A DNA stretch of 64,000 bases from an uncultured bacterium (GTDB lineage: Bacteria > Fidelibacterota > Marinisomatia > Marinisomatales > UBA1611), in NCBI GenBank assembly GCA_943788175.1, contig CALSPG010000002.1, forward strand, positions 1-64,000, given 5' to 3'. A model generated the notes under the pieces. The model saw only the letters and a list, made by a program, of their open reading frames with translations. It made no database searches and was not told the DNA's origin. Numbering within the stretch: the first letter of the stretch is position 1; each line of letters starts with the position of its first letter. The position numbers were made by a program, and so were the translations under genes. Of the stretch, positions 10,768 through 22,100 are shown piece after piece.

Positions 10768-11430
10768 CTAAAATTTATCGATTAACGATATCGCATTCTG
10801 TATTCTTTCAATTAGCTTATTAGCTCTGCCCTTCATAATACTTTTCGTTCCTCTATTTGCAGCTATATAGTTCCTTAATTCATTATTGCTTAGCATTTCC
10901 TTAATATTTGAATCTATACTCCAATCTAAATTCCAAGATTTGTTATCTGTTAGTAGAATAAAATTCTTTAAAATAATATCATCCATTTTTTGAATATGTA
11001 TTAAATCATAATCAATAACATTATGATACTTCTCGTACCAATTTTGATATAAATCTAATATATCAGTTCTTATAGAGTCGTTATCAATTTTATAAATAAT
11101 ACCTGATGCCTCCATAGCACTATAGACACTTAAACTAAGCTTTCCGCCTCGAGGAGTCGTAACAGCCTGCCAAGCTTTATCCAATACTATTTTATCAATA
11201 AAACTTGTTGAACTAAAATTCAAAATATAAGAAAAGTGTTTATCTGTACTATCAATATTTGCGATTAGTGATTTTAGGTTTCTTTAGTCACTATTTAATT
11301 CGGCTTTTAACGAGTGTAAGGATTTTTCAACCTGCCGATCAATTTCAATATTTTCTCTATGTTCATCCACTAAAAATGAAGCACTGATACCAACAAATAT
11401 AACTAATAGTTCAATTAATTATTTTTTCAT
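10768..11430 (-). pseudogene. DUF6090-like protein with two in-frame TAA stops
   Basis: Manual translation MKK*LIELLVIFVGISASFLVDEHRE...LKAELNSD*RNLK..., continuing in frame into ORF 10768..11223. Confidence 0.65.
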
Positions 11431-11605
11431 GGATAATCAATCTTATTCTTTATTTACAAAAATTTGTTTGTTATCAAAATATTTATTTTAAAAATCATAA
11501 ATAACTACCACTGCGGTTTTAAATAATGATGATAAAGCACTAGGGCGATTGAACCACTTTTGCATTTATTAAGTTACAAATAAATATGCGTTTATGTCCG
11601 TGTAT

Positions 11606-11929
11606 CTATTTTATGGTCGCAAATGAATTAACAAGCATGACTCCCACTACTATAAAACATAAACCTAACATGGATTGCCATTGTAATGCCTGGCCATAAA
11701 TAAGATACCCTAAAATCGATATTAAAAATATACCTAAGCCAGACCAAGTAGCATAAACAATAGCGATGTGAATACTATCCAGAGCAAAAGTGAGTAGATA
11801 AAAGGATGAAACATATGCTACTATTGATACAATTGATGGTAATGGCTTTGAAAAATTTTCTGATAAAGGCAATACCATAGTACCAATTACCTCAAAGAGT
11901 ATAGCTCCTGCTAAAAAAACATAAGGCAT
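11606..11929 (-). CDS. SMR family small multidrug efflux protein
   Basis: Conserved TM1 Glu (FEVIGT), YATWSGLG, 4 TMs. Confidence 0.9.
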   Translation of the reverse strand: MPYVFLAGAILFEVIGTMVLPLSENFSKPLPSIVSIVAYVSSFYLLTFALDSIHIAIVYATWSGLGIFLISILGYLIYGQALQWQSMLGLCFIVVGVMLVNSFATIK

Positions 11930-12016
11930 ATTGTTTATTGTTATTTCATTTTATAATTCATCTTTAAATCTACAAATAATTGTTATTAACTATTTTTCAG
12001 CTCTAGATTAAAAGAT

Positions 12017-13558
12017 TTAACACATTTTTGCACATTTCTCACCATCAATAGCGGCCGAGATAATTCCACCTGCGTAACCTGCACCTTCGCCGCAAGGGTA
12101 CAAACCTTTTATTTGGGGATGTTCAAGTGTGTCTCGATCTCTTGGTATACGAACTGGAGAAGAAGTCCTACTTTCAGGAGCATGAACAACTGCTTCATTT
12201 GTAAAATAACCTTTCATGTGCTCTCCAATTTGTCTTAATCCTACTTGTAAATTTTTTGAAATAAATTTAGGTAACACACTACTAATCTGAGCTGAGGTAT
12301 TTCCTGGCAAATATGAGGTTTTAGGAATATTATCTGATAATATATTATTCGTAAAATCAACCAACCTTTGAGCAGGAACTTTCTGGGTTCCGCCTGCCAG
12401 TTTCCATGATGCTTGTTCTATCTCTTTTTGAAATTGAACACCAGCTAGTGGACCATATTTTTCATATTTTGCGAAATCTTCAATTTTTAATTCTACCACA
12501 ATCCCTGAATTTGAGGTAGGATAATCTCTTTTAGACGGTGACCACCCATTCGTCACCACCTCTCCAGGACTAGTGGCGCATGGGGCAATTATTCCACCAG
12601 GACACATGCAAAATGAATACACACCTCGACCTCCAACTTGTTTAACAATTGAATAAGGAGCAGGCGGTAAAAACTCATCTCTAGTTTTACATTTATACTG
12701 AATTTGATCAATCAGTTCCTGTGAATGTTCTACTCGAACACCCACGGCGAAGGGCTTTGCTTCTATTACTATTTTTTTTCGATGCAATAATTCAAAAATA
12801 TCTCGTGCAGAATGCCCAGTCGCTAGTATAACTTTATTAGATTCAACTTTTATTCCATTTTGTAATACAACCCCTCTTACAGTATTATTTTTAATACTAA
12901 TATCTGTTAAACGGCAATTAAAAAGTATCTCTCCACCGTATTGTATAATCGTATCGCGAATAGATTGTATGATTTTCGGTAGTTTATTGGTGCCAATATG
13001 AGGATGTGCATCAACTCTAATTTCGGAAGAGGCACCATGCCTAACCAATACATCTAGCACCTTATTCACATCTCCTCTTTTTTTAGATCGTGTATATAAT
13101 TTTCCATCTGAAAAAGTCCCTGCGCCGCCTTCTCCAAAACAATAATTAGAGTCTTCATCAACTACGTGATTCTTTATAAGGTTAGCCAAATCTTTTCTTC
13201 GAGACCGAACATCTTTTCCTCTTTCAATAATTACAGGTTTTTTACCATTTTCAATTAATTTAAGACCAGCAAAAAGACCAGCTGGCCCCGCTCCAACAAT
13301 AATAACTTCGTCCTTACCCACAACATTCTGATATTCAGGAAAGTCTTCATCTTTCGGCACAAATTTTTGCTTGATATAAACAGAAATCTTGAGATTGATC
13401 TTTGTTGTTTTTTGCCTAGCGTCAATTGACCTTTTACAAATGTCAATATGTTTGATGTCCTGATGCGGAATAGCCATTTTTTTTGCTATGAATTCTTTTA
13501 GCAAATCTGGGTTTGATGCTACCTCAGGAATTACTTGTATCTGTAATGTATTAATCAC
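12017..13558 (-). CDS. NAD(P)/FAD-dependent oxidoreductase
   Basis: VGAGPAG, FGEGGAGTFSDGKL, SFCMCPGG, GEGAGYAGGI. Confidence 0.9.
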   Translation of the reverse strand: MINTLQIQVIPEVASNPDLLKEFIAKKMAIPHQDIKHIDICKRSIDARQKTTKINLKISVYIKQKFVPKDEDFPEYQNVVGKDEVIIVGAGPAGLFAGLKLIENGKKPVIIERGKDVRSRRKDLANLIKNHVVDEDSNYCFGEGGAGTFSDGKLYTRSKKRGDVNKVLDVLVRHGASSEIRVDAHPHIGTNKLPKIIQSIRDTIIQYGGEILFNCRLTDISIKNNTVRGVVLQNGIKVESNKVILATGHSARDIFELLHRKKIVIEAKPFAVGVRVEHSQELIDQIQYKCKTRDEFLPPAPYSIVKQVGGRGVYSFCMCPGGIIAPCATSPGEVVTNGWSPSKRDYPTSNSGIVVELKIEDFAKYEKYGPLAGVQFQKEIEQASWKLAGGTQKVPAQRLVDFTNNILSDNIPKTSYLPGNTSAQISSVLPKFISKNLQVGLRQIGEHMKGYFTNEAVVHAPESRTSSPVRIPRDRDTLEHPQIKGLYPCGEGAGYAGGIISAAIDGEKCAKMC

Positions 13559-13710
13559 AATTCAAAAATACAGACAACCTTTTGTCCTTAAAACTCATTT
13601 AAATAACTACCCAACATAAAATTCGTTTGTAATTATTGGGCTCAGTTTATTTTAATATATCAATACCTTATTTTCTATTAACTTGAAATAATAAAATAAG
13701 AGAAATTGAT

Positions 13711-14184
13711 ATGGAAAAAGTAAATCAAAGTATTATTTACCGAAATAAAGATAGTGATTTAGACTGTGAGATTGTTCGCGAACACTCGATTTTCCAATGG
13801 GATGAAAAAGAATTTAAATCTTTTAAATCATGCGTTGAAGATGCCTTAATTAATCATAAAATGCCTGAGGGATTAGATACCTCCAAAATAGAAGATATCA
13901 TCTTTAAACCACCAAATAAGCCTATTGAAGACATATCTAATCCAGTAAGAAAAGTTTTAGTTACTAAACAAAAAGTTGATAAAAACTTAAACGTGATTAA
14001 AGTCCTTGATAAATACACCATTGATGAAGGATCAAAGTTTCATTGCCTTGAAAAAAAAGAGAATTGTTCGATTACAGGTTTTCAACCATACGATTATGAT
14101 AATCATGACGAATTGGATGTTATTGTACAATATGATAACGGTGAGAAAGGCATAACATACATTGACTCACTACGCTCCATTTAA
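13711..14184 (+). CDS. Hypothetical protein
   Basis: 157-aa ORF, no recognised motif. Confidence 0.6.
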   Translation: MEKVNQSIIYRNKDSDLDCEIVREHSIFQWDEKEFKSFKSCVEDALINHKMPEGLDTSKIEDIIFKPPNKPIEDISNPVRKVLVTKQKVDKNLNVIKVLDKYTIDEGSKFHCLEKKENCSITGFQPYDYDNHDELDVIVQYDNGEKGITYIDSLRSI

Positions 14185-14279
14185 TTCTTTTTCAGACTTT
14201 CTTTTCCTTAGTATATAAAGTCAATTCGAACGGTAGAAGTCTTGCTTTTATCATCAATTGAATATTTAAAATAGCAAGA

Positions 14280-15449
14280 TTAGAACGATGAAAAAATGAT
14301 TCTATCAGAGAGTATAATTAAATCAAAAACATTCGTCTGACCGTCAGAGTTCAAATCTGAATAATAGCTATCAAAATTAAAATGATCATCGTTCATAATA
14401 ATGGATACTACATTCGATATATCACTAATATTCAAAAAACCATCATTATTTATATCTCCTAATTGATGCGGATATATGACCTCAAATAAAAATCCATATG
14501 CATCTTCTTTAATAAGGGTAAAGTATTCATTTGGACCATTAATCCAGGTCCCATTTGAAGTCCCCCAATATTCATGAGGCAAGTTTTCTTCATAATAAAA
14601 CGCATGATCAATACTTAAAGAATTAAGCCGATCATGGATGAGATTTGAACCATAAACAAATGGTAGAAAAATGTCAACGGTAAAAGGATAGCCTGAATTA
14701 AAAGGAACTACACCATCAGATGTCCCATGAAACATAATTAAAGGAGTATTATCCTCTTCATTAATCCAGTTTAAATCAGCTATTGCTCCCCAACAACTCA
14801 CAACAGCATTGGGTTTACTATAATGATCAAAATCATTTCCTTCACAGTCAATACAGCCCAAGTCTGGATCACTGCCTGCCCCATAGGTTGACTCAGGCCT
14901 TTCAGCTTCATCTGTATAGCTTAAATGAAGAGCAATAAAAGAACCGGCACTAGAACCCCAAACAAATATATTATCATAGTCTATACCGTAATCTTCATGG
15001 TACTCGCGTAGATACCTTATAGCAGCACTGGCATCTTGCACTCCTCGATAAGCAGCTCTTTCTGCACTATAACTACTCAATACATTTAACCCAAGCCTGT
15101 AGGTTAAACTAACAGCGACGTAACCCCTTTTTGCAGATGCGATGGATAGAGATACCATATCATCAACCTCATTATTACCTGTATAGAAAGCTCCTGGATG
15201 AAGAAAAATAATTACAGGCCTGTTAGTTGCTGTATCTTCAACAGCTTCATAAACGTCCATAGTCATATCCATGTCTATCGTGTTCCATTCAAAGCCAAAT
15301 ATAAAAGGTAAATCAGGCGCATTACCGTAGACTACATCTTCTGTCTTTCTTATTTCACTGAAAATCTCATTTTTGTAACGTGGTTGTGCTGTTATTTGAG
15401 AAAAGGTAAAAATAATTTGAATGAATATAATTGCACTATTCTTCTTCAT
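14280..15449 (-). CDS. Secreted alpha/beta-hydrolase (carboxylesterase) with C-terminal dockerin-like domain
   Basis: GSSAG nucleophile, HGTSD; GDINNDG..DLNSDG dockerin repeats. Confidence 0.85.
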   Translation of the reverse strand: MKKNSAIIFIQIIFTFSQITAQPRYKNEIFSEIRKTEDVVYGNAPDLPFIFGFEWNTIDMDMTMDVYEAVEDTATNRPVIIFLHPGAFYTGNNEVDDMVSLSIASAKRGYVAVSLTYRLGLNVLSSYSAERAAYRGVQDASAAIRYLREYHEDYGIDYDNIFVWGSSAGSFIALHLSYTDEAERPESTYGAGSDPDLGCIDCEGNDFDHYSKPNAVVSCWGAIADLNWINEEDNTPLIMFHGTSDGVVPFNSGYPFTVDIFLPFVYGSNLIHDRLNSLSIDHAFYYEENLPHEYWGTSNGTWINGPNEYFTLIKEDAYGFLFEVIYPHQLGDINNDGFLNISDISNVVSIIMNDDHFNFDSYYSDLNSDGQTNVFDLIILSDRIIFSSF

Positions 15450-16876
15450 TACTTTACCAAAACCATCTTTCTACTTTGTCTAAAACCACCTACTTGAATT
15501 GTATAAATATATAAACCCGCAGATACTGGCTGGCCTGTATTATTCGTTGCATCCCAAACTATTGACCTATTTCCTGCTTCCTGATTAGTATTGATTAATG
15601 ACTTTATAATAGTACCCTTAACATCATATATATTAATATTTACAAGCTCATCATATGGTAAGTTATAACGTATTATCGTGCTAGGATTAAATGGGTTGGG
15701 ATAGTTTTGATGCATCAAAAAACTAGTAGGTAATAATTCCTTATCATTACTTAATTGATAACTAAAGTTGTAAGAGTCTGATAATGTTGGGCAACCATTT
15801 GAAAAGAAAACCTCCACAGTATATTCACCGCTTACAATCGGAACATAGCTTATATTATTTGCGTTTGTTATAACGCTATCATTTAAATACCATTGATACC
15901 CTATACCAATAGCTGTTGCAATTAAAACGCCCTCATCATCCTCTATACTTGCTACGGGATTTTGCAGATGAAACTGATTGTATGCTATCCTATTTGAATT
16001 AACTAGCGAGTCTTGAAATAATGCTTGCTGCTCGCAATCATCCTTGAGAGTGAAATCAAGCCATGAATTTAGAAAATCAAAAGTGACCTGTTGTTGCTCA
16101 ACCCTCGATATTGAAATTCCATTTGATGATGCGCTTTCGCCAAGGTCACAAAAGAAGTTAGGATTTCCAAAATAACAATGCCCTCCACCTAAAATTGAAA
16201 TAAATGTTTTATAATTTGAGTTAAGATTGTTGTATATAGGCAATTGATGAACGCCTTGAGGCGTTACACCATCTTGACTCCCTGATATAATTAGAGCAGG
16301 AATAGTTACGTTTAGTGCAGAAGCAATTGACGAGACACCATTAGATGAAGACTCAGCCACGGCTAATCCAATAATTGTTTTAAGTTGATTATTATTATTT
16401 ACGCAAAGAGAATCTGCGGCTAAAAAGGAAGCTCCCCCACCCATAGAGTGTCCCATTAAAGCTGTATTATTATTAACTAAATTATAAATCGGCGATGAAT
16501 TGCTATCACCTTCTTCTTGAATTTTAGTCACCAAGAATTGCAAATCCCATCCAAACTGTTGATGATCTGTATTGAGACCGCTTTCTGTTCTTGGAAATAC
16601 CATTATATACCCCTTAGGAACGAATTCATCCCATAAGTTTTGGTACGTATCCCAATTAATTAGAAAACCGTGACCAAACAAAATAATTGGGAATTGACCA
16701 TCCAGAGATAGCATATCTTCGCCTTGCAAAGGAACAGGATAATAAATTTCCGTTAAGATATTTCTATTTGACCTGCTTGAGTCTTGAAATGTTTTACTGT
16801 AATTGTCGACACCATATTGGGCAGCAGCAAAAGTAAAAAAAAATGAAAATATGATTAATTTTATTAAATGATTCAA
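15449..16876 (-). CDS. Secreted chlorophyllase/cutinase-like alpha/beta-hydrolase with T9SS/FlgD-Ig tail
   Basis: GHGF, GHSMGGG, GGGH; C-terminal QNYPNPFNP...KMVLVK. Confidence 0.8.
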   Translation of the reverse strand: MNHLIKLIIFSFFFTFAAAQYGVDNYSKTFQDSSRSNRNILTEIYYPVPLQGEDMLSLDGQFPIILFGHGFLINWDTYQNLWDEFVPKGYIMVFPRTESGLNTDHQQFGWDLQFLVTKIQEEGDSNSSPIYNLVNNNTALMGHSMGGGASFLAADSLCVNNNNQLKTIIGLAVAESSSNGVSSIASALNVTIPALIISGSQDGVTPQGVHQLPIYNNLNSNYKTFISILGGGHCYFGNPNFFCDLGESASSNGISISRVEQQQVTFDFLNSWLDFTLKDDCEQQALFQDSLVNSNRIAYNQFHLQNPVASIEDDEGVLIATAIGIGYQWYLNDSVITNANNISYVPIVSGEYTVEVFFSNGCPTLSDSYNFSYQLSNDKELLPTSFLMHQNYPNPFNPSTIIRYNLPYDELVNINIYDVKGTIIKSLINTNQEAGNRSIVWDATNNTGQPVSAGLYIYTIQVGGFRQSRKMVLVK

Positions 16877-16941
16877 TTGCAGCTTACTTTTTCAAAATCC
16901 CAAGGGGCGACGAATAAAACGATGAATAAATATTTTTTCAT
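16873..16941 (-). repeat. Signal-peptide element, orphan stub (MKKYLFIVLFVAPWDFEKVSCN*)
   Basis: Nucleotide match to the element consensus; its stop overlaps the TTG start of the next gene. Confidence 0.85.
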
Positions 16942-17061
16942 TCATTCTGCCTCATCATTATTACTACTACGAAAAAAAATCTGAACTATTAGCTTGAATG
17001 GGATGTACCCCACAGCAATCACTATGACACCTATGAAGATTATAAATTCTTTAGTTTCCAT
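16942..17061 (-). CDS. Small single-TM protein (39 aa) ending NDEAE
   Basis: Manual translation METKEFIIFIGVIVIAVGYIPFKLIVQIFFRSSNNDEAE*. Confidence 0.45.
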   Translation of the reverse strand: METKEFIIFIGVIVIAVGYIPFKLIVQIFFRSSNNDEAE

Positions 17062-17165
17062 AGTTTATAATCTATAAAATAATGAAAAAATATTCTTCAC
17101 AACGCCAGTCTACATTCATTTAGGGATTAGTTCCGACTTTATAGTATAACATGATAAAAACTACA

Positions 17166-19040
17166 TCATCCAATATGCTTTTTTAGAAACTTTTCCATTT
17201 CTCTATAAAAATCAAACTGATTCTCTTCATTATAAAAGCCATGACCTTCATCCTCTTTTAACATATACGGTACTTCTACCCCCTTAGCTTTTAATGCTTC
17301 AACAATTTGATCAGACTCTGCTTGTTTTACTCTCGGGTCATTAGCGCCTTGAGCCACAAATAAAGGCACCCTTATACTATCTACATGAAAAATGGGTGAT
17401 GCTGCTTTGAGGATATCTTTTTCAGTGTCAGGATTCCCTATCATTTCATACATCATATGCCTACCTAATTCCCAGTACGGGGGAAGTGTTTCAAGTAGCG
17501 TGAATATATTTGATACTCCGACATAATCAACACCGCAAGCATAGAGATCAGGAGTGAAAGTCAATCCAGCCAATGTCGCATAACCTCCATAAGATGCACC
17601 GTATATTGCAATTCGATTTGGATCTGCAATACCTTCGTCAATAAGCCATTTGACACCATCAGTTATGTCATCCTGCATGGATTTACCCCATTGTTTAAAG
17701 CTGATCTCCCAAAACTCTCTTCCATATCCCGTGCTTCCTCTAAAATTCATTTGGAATACTCCAAACCCCCTATTCACTAAAAACTGAACTTGCGAGCTAT
17801 ATCCCCAACTGTCTCTGGCCCAAGGTCCACCATGGGGATTAACAACTATGGGTAAATTTTTACCAGTGCTTCCTTTTGGAAGAGTGAGGTAGCCATGGAT
17901 AGTGAGTCCATCTCTGGAAGTATATTTTACGGGTTTCATTTCAGCCATATGATCTTCATTTAGCCAAGGAGAAACTTTCCCTAGGTCTGTTAATTTATCC
18001 TCACTTATATCGTAATAATAATATGTGCCTCTCGACTTATCACTATAAGTAACAACTACAGCCTTAGTTTCATCTTTTGAAAAACTAGTAATACCTACTT
18101 CATAACCAGGTAGTTTTGTTTCTAATTTATTTTGGATATTTTCTCGCCAATCATCAAAAAATACTCGCTTAGTTTTTGCGACAGTATAGTTTACACCAGT
18201 AAGTATTTTCCTTTTTCTTGAAAACATCAAACTACTTACATCAACTTCTTCATGCTCAAATATCAGCTTATTTTCTTGAACTTGCTCAATGTTGAATTCA
18301 TAAATAGCTGATTTATCTCTCCCTCTATTAGATGAAACATAAAGATTTTTATTATCGAACGTAAAAAATAACGGTGATATACCCTCTTTAAAGTCGGTAG
18401 TTAGAATAGATTTAAATTCATCAGATTCTGATTTTCTGTAAAGCAAACTTGTATTCACACCATCGCTTGTAACCGCTATTCTTAGTTTACCATCATGATC
18501 TGTAAGCCATCCTGATATATTCCCAGGATTTTCTGCAATCATTTCCATTTTTCCAGTATTAATATTTACCCTATATGGATCAAAAATTTGTTGATTGCGT
18601 TTGTTCAAGCCAAGAATGACGTGATCTAAATCCTCTTCAAGATCATCTACAATAGTCGCTTTTACATTCTCGAATGGTGTTAAATCAATTTCATTAGAGC
18701 CGTCTTTATCAATCGCATAAAAGTGCATATTCTCATCACCACCATCATCTTTGACATATCCTATTCTATTATTGCCAAGCCACAAAAACCCATAGATACT
18801 GCGTTCACTTGACGAGGTTAATCTTTTTTCTACATCTGTTTTGATATCTACTACATATACGTTCATCCTTGATTTCCATGGTTTCATATATGCAATGTGA
18901 TTTCCATTAGGTGAAATTTTGAATGAAGATTTTTCAGGGTTACGAAAAAAATCTTCTAAGGGTATTAAAGGTGCTTTGTTTTCCATTTTATTACATCCTG
19001 CAAAAATTATTATTAAATAAATTATCTTTATAAAATTCAT
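17166..19040 (-). CDS. S9 family peptidase (prolyl oligopeptidase-like), lipoprotein
   Basis: PHGGPW, GASYGG, NDPRV, EGHGF. Confidence 0.95.
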   Translation of the reverse strand: MNFIKIIYLIIIFAGCNKMENKAPLIPLEDFFRNPEKSSFKISPNGNHIAYMKPWKSRMNVYVVDIKTDVEKRLTSSSERSIYGFLWLGNNRIGYVKDDGGDENMHFYAIDKDGSNEIDLTPFENVKATIVDDLEEDLDHVILGLNKRNQQIFDPYRVNINTGKMEMIAENPGNISGWLTDHDGKLRIAVTSDGVNTSLLYRKSESDEFKSILTTDFKEGISPLFFTFDNKNLYVSSNRGRDKSAIYEFNIEQVQENKLIFEHEEVDVSSLMFSRKRKILTGVNYTVAKTKRVFFDDWRENIQNKLETKLPGYEVGITSFSKDETKAVVVTYSDKSRGTYYYYDISEDKLTDLGKVSPWLNEDHMAEMKPVKYTSRDGLTIHGYLTLPKGSTGKNLPIVVNPHGGPWARDSWGYSSQVQFLVNRGFGVFQMNFRGSTGYGREFWEISFKQWGKSMQDDITDGVKWLIDEGIADPNRIAIYGASYGGYATLAGLTFTPDLYACGVDYVGVSNIFTLLETLPPYWELGRHMMYEMIGNPDTEKDILKAASPIFHVDSIRVPLFVAQGANDPRVKQAESDQIVEALKAKGVEVPYMLKEDEGHGFYNEENQFDFYREMEKFLKKHIG

Positions 19041-19115
19041 CTATTGTACATAATTGATAAAAATTTTATATAATTGATATAAAAATTTAGCTCTCAGAAG
19101 ACAAACAATAAACAC

Positions 19116-19146
19116 ACCAATAAAACGATGAATAGATATGTTTAAT
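19116..19146 (-). repeat. Signal-peptide element, degenerate orphan stub
   Basis: + strand accaataaaacgatgaatagatat, about 22 bp past the stop of a CTD gene. Confidence 0.8.
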
Positions 19147-19168
19147 CACGTGTTATACTTTCAAATCT

Positions 19169-22100
19169 CTATTTCAATAGCACCATTTTCTTGGCTTGCC
19201 TGAACTCCTCTGTCTGTATCGTATATAAATATAATCCTGCTGGTACGGGCTCGTTTTTATTGTTGGTAGCATTCCATTGGATTGTCTTAAACCCTGCGGT
19301 TTGCGAGCCATTTACAAGCGTTTTAACTATTCTGCCCATCATATCATAAATAGTAATATTAACTAAGCCATCATTTGGTAAATCATAACGCAACAAGGTG
19401 ATAGGATTAAAAGGGTTTGGATAGTTTTGATGAAGGCTGAATGCCATCGGCATATCAAGTTCTTGAGCAGATAAAACATCTTCTCCCAATAGTGACACTT
19501 GAAAAGTAAGAGTATCTCCAAAAATACAATATTCTGGCTGATTTTGACAATTTAATGCTTCAGCATAAGCTATGAATGTTACTAAAGTATCAAAGTTAAT
19601 CGTCGAGTCCGCAAGGATATCAAATGGTACCATATTACAACTATTACCAGGCATACCAAAAAACCAAAAATGGTCATTAGAGATTGATACTAAATTAGTA
19701 TCTGCTTCTAAGACTAAACCTGGATACCAACCATGAGCAATATCCGAATTATTACAAAAATCCATTTCTATTTGCAATGATTCACCGGGGTTCCAATCAT
19801 TATCATCTCCACTTATTTGAATAGATGGTTCGCTTATAGAAAAATTCCAAGAAGGGATACAAGCTAAGGTATCTTGCTCACCAATGTGATCTTCAATACA
19901 TGATGGATAAGGTGGGCAGAGTTGATTGTTTGAAATATCAAAAGTAACCCCTGGGATACTCATTGAACAAATATTTTCAGGGATTCCTCCTGAAAATTGA
20001 TTAAAGGACAAATCTAATATTTCTATATAATTTAATTGATCCCATAATTCTATGGGTATTAGCCCTGAGAGTTGATTAGAGTCCAACGCTAAACCCCAAA
20101 GATTATTTAGGTTACCAATTTCAGCTGGAATGGAACCAGTGAATTGATTTTGTGAAAAATTCATTGAAACAACATTTATTAAGTTGCCTATTCCAGAAGA
20201 AATTTCTCCGCTAAGTAGATTACGTGAGACATCTAAGCCATTAGTCCAACCAAGAGGTCCCGCTCCAGATGAATGCCCCCCTCTCAAATTAATCAAATTG
20301 TAAATTTCTGAAGGGAGCTCTCCAGATAAGCTATTCTCATTTAAATGAAGTATACTGAGGCTAGTTAGGTTTCCAATTTCAGGTGGAATTGCACCAGTGA
20401 GCTGATTAGAATGTAAAGTTAGACTCTCTAAATTCGACAGGTTTCCTATCTCTGAAGGAATAGAACCAGTTAATCCACTAAACACTATACTTAAACTTTT
20501 TAAATTTATTAAGTTTCCAATTTCGGGTGGTATTGAACCCGAGAATCCGCAAAATTGACATGACAATGTATCTAAATTTATTAAATTACCTATTTGCGCA
20601 GGAATTACGCCTAGATCTAAAATACCAGAAACGGGATTACCAGAAAGAGTTATGTTTGTTGTCTCGTCAATCGAATAACACTCACCCCATAATTCGACAC
20701 CAACAGTTCCATCATTTGCAATACAAGACTCTACTGAAATAAAAGCAGATTCAAAGGCGCCCATATCAGGTTTAATGCCAATATATGAATCAGGACTTAA
20801 ATTTACCAGAGTATCAGGCACAGGACCTGGGAGCATCTGATTCGATAGGTCAACAACCAAAAAATTTGTTCCTGCGTCAATACAAGGTGAACTGTCCGAA
20901 AGGTTGAAATTAGTATCACCTTCAACAAATAAAGGATCAGTGTATAAATTATTAATGCCAATGGGTATATCAATATTTGAATAATATGGAAAAATCATGC
21001 CATCTGCGTTTGTCGGTTGGTTATTCCAAAAAATTGAATTAACAACAATAGCGTAGTCGCCCATTGAACCTGCACTAATACCTCCTCCTCCATCAACTGC
21101 CGAATTATTAACAACAGTGACGTTCTTCATAATCGAAGATATAATAGCTCCTGATAACGAAATACCTCCGCCATAAGTCGTAGCGCTATTGTTCGAAATG
21201 ACAGAGTTTTCAATATTCAAAGTCGTTGGTATGGAAGAGGCTGAGCCTTCGCCTTCGATGTATATTCCTGCCCCATTACGAGCTTGATTATTATCTACTT
21301 TGATATTTTTTAACAAAATATCACCGACCATCTTTAAGCTTATTCCGCCACCTTTTCCAGTTGAATACCCATTCTGAATAGTAAGATTACTGATCTCAAT
21401 TGGGTGGGCGGTTTCGTCCGAATTATCAATTACTTTGCCTACTCCTTCTCCATCAATGACAGTTGAATCCATGTGCGAACCTATTAGTCTAATATTATTT
21501 GCCATAGACCAGTTAATATTTTCAAAATACAATCCTGCCGATACAAAAATAGTATCATTGTCATTTGCAGAGTCAACACCGTTCTGAATCGTAGCAAAAG
21601 GATTCTGTTCTGATCCATCGCCAGTATTATCTGAGCCATCAATAGATATATACCATGTAGATTTAGACTCTTCTTCAAACCATATTCTGCGGACAAGAGT
21701 TGAGTCTACAACATATGGATTTGGTTTATTTTCTTGATATCCAGCTATAGCCAGAGTACGATTTAATTCATTAGCATCTACTGGGTCTTGCCTATGCCAA
21801 TCATATAATGTTTCTTTTTGTATGTTAAAAAAGTTTGTATCAGCAACATCATTATACATTGTATAAAAATAAAACATGCTCCTAGCTATATTTCCTTTAA
21901 CATCCTCTCTTGGTTCAAATACTCCATTACCGTTATCTACTTCTGAAAACTCATCAATAAATTCATTTGGTATGCTAGTTTCATAATAGTCAAATCTCCA
22001 CCACTTATCGGTATCATTATCATCAATATCTGCAAAATGTTTGTTTCCTCGAGAAGAATTAACATTTCCTCGAGCTGGATAGAGATGATGTAAATCGCTC

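Noticed and set aside
8555-13615. ATAACTACC motif in three spacers (~8559, ~11501, ~13603) as a recombination core
   Set aside because: Only 9 bp in AT-rich DNA with no flanking similarity; too weak to call.
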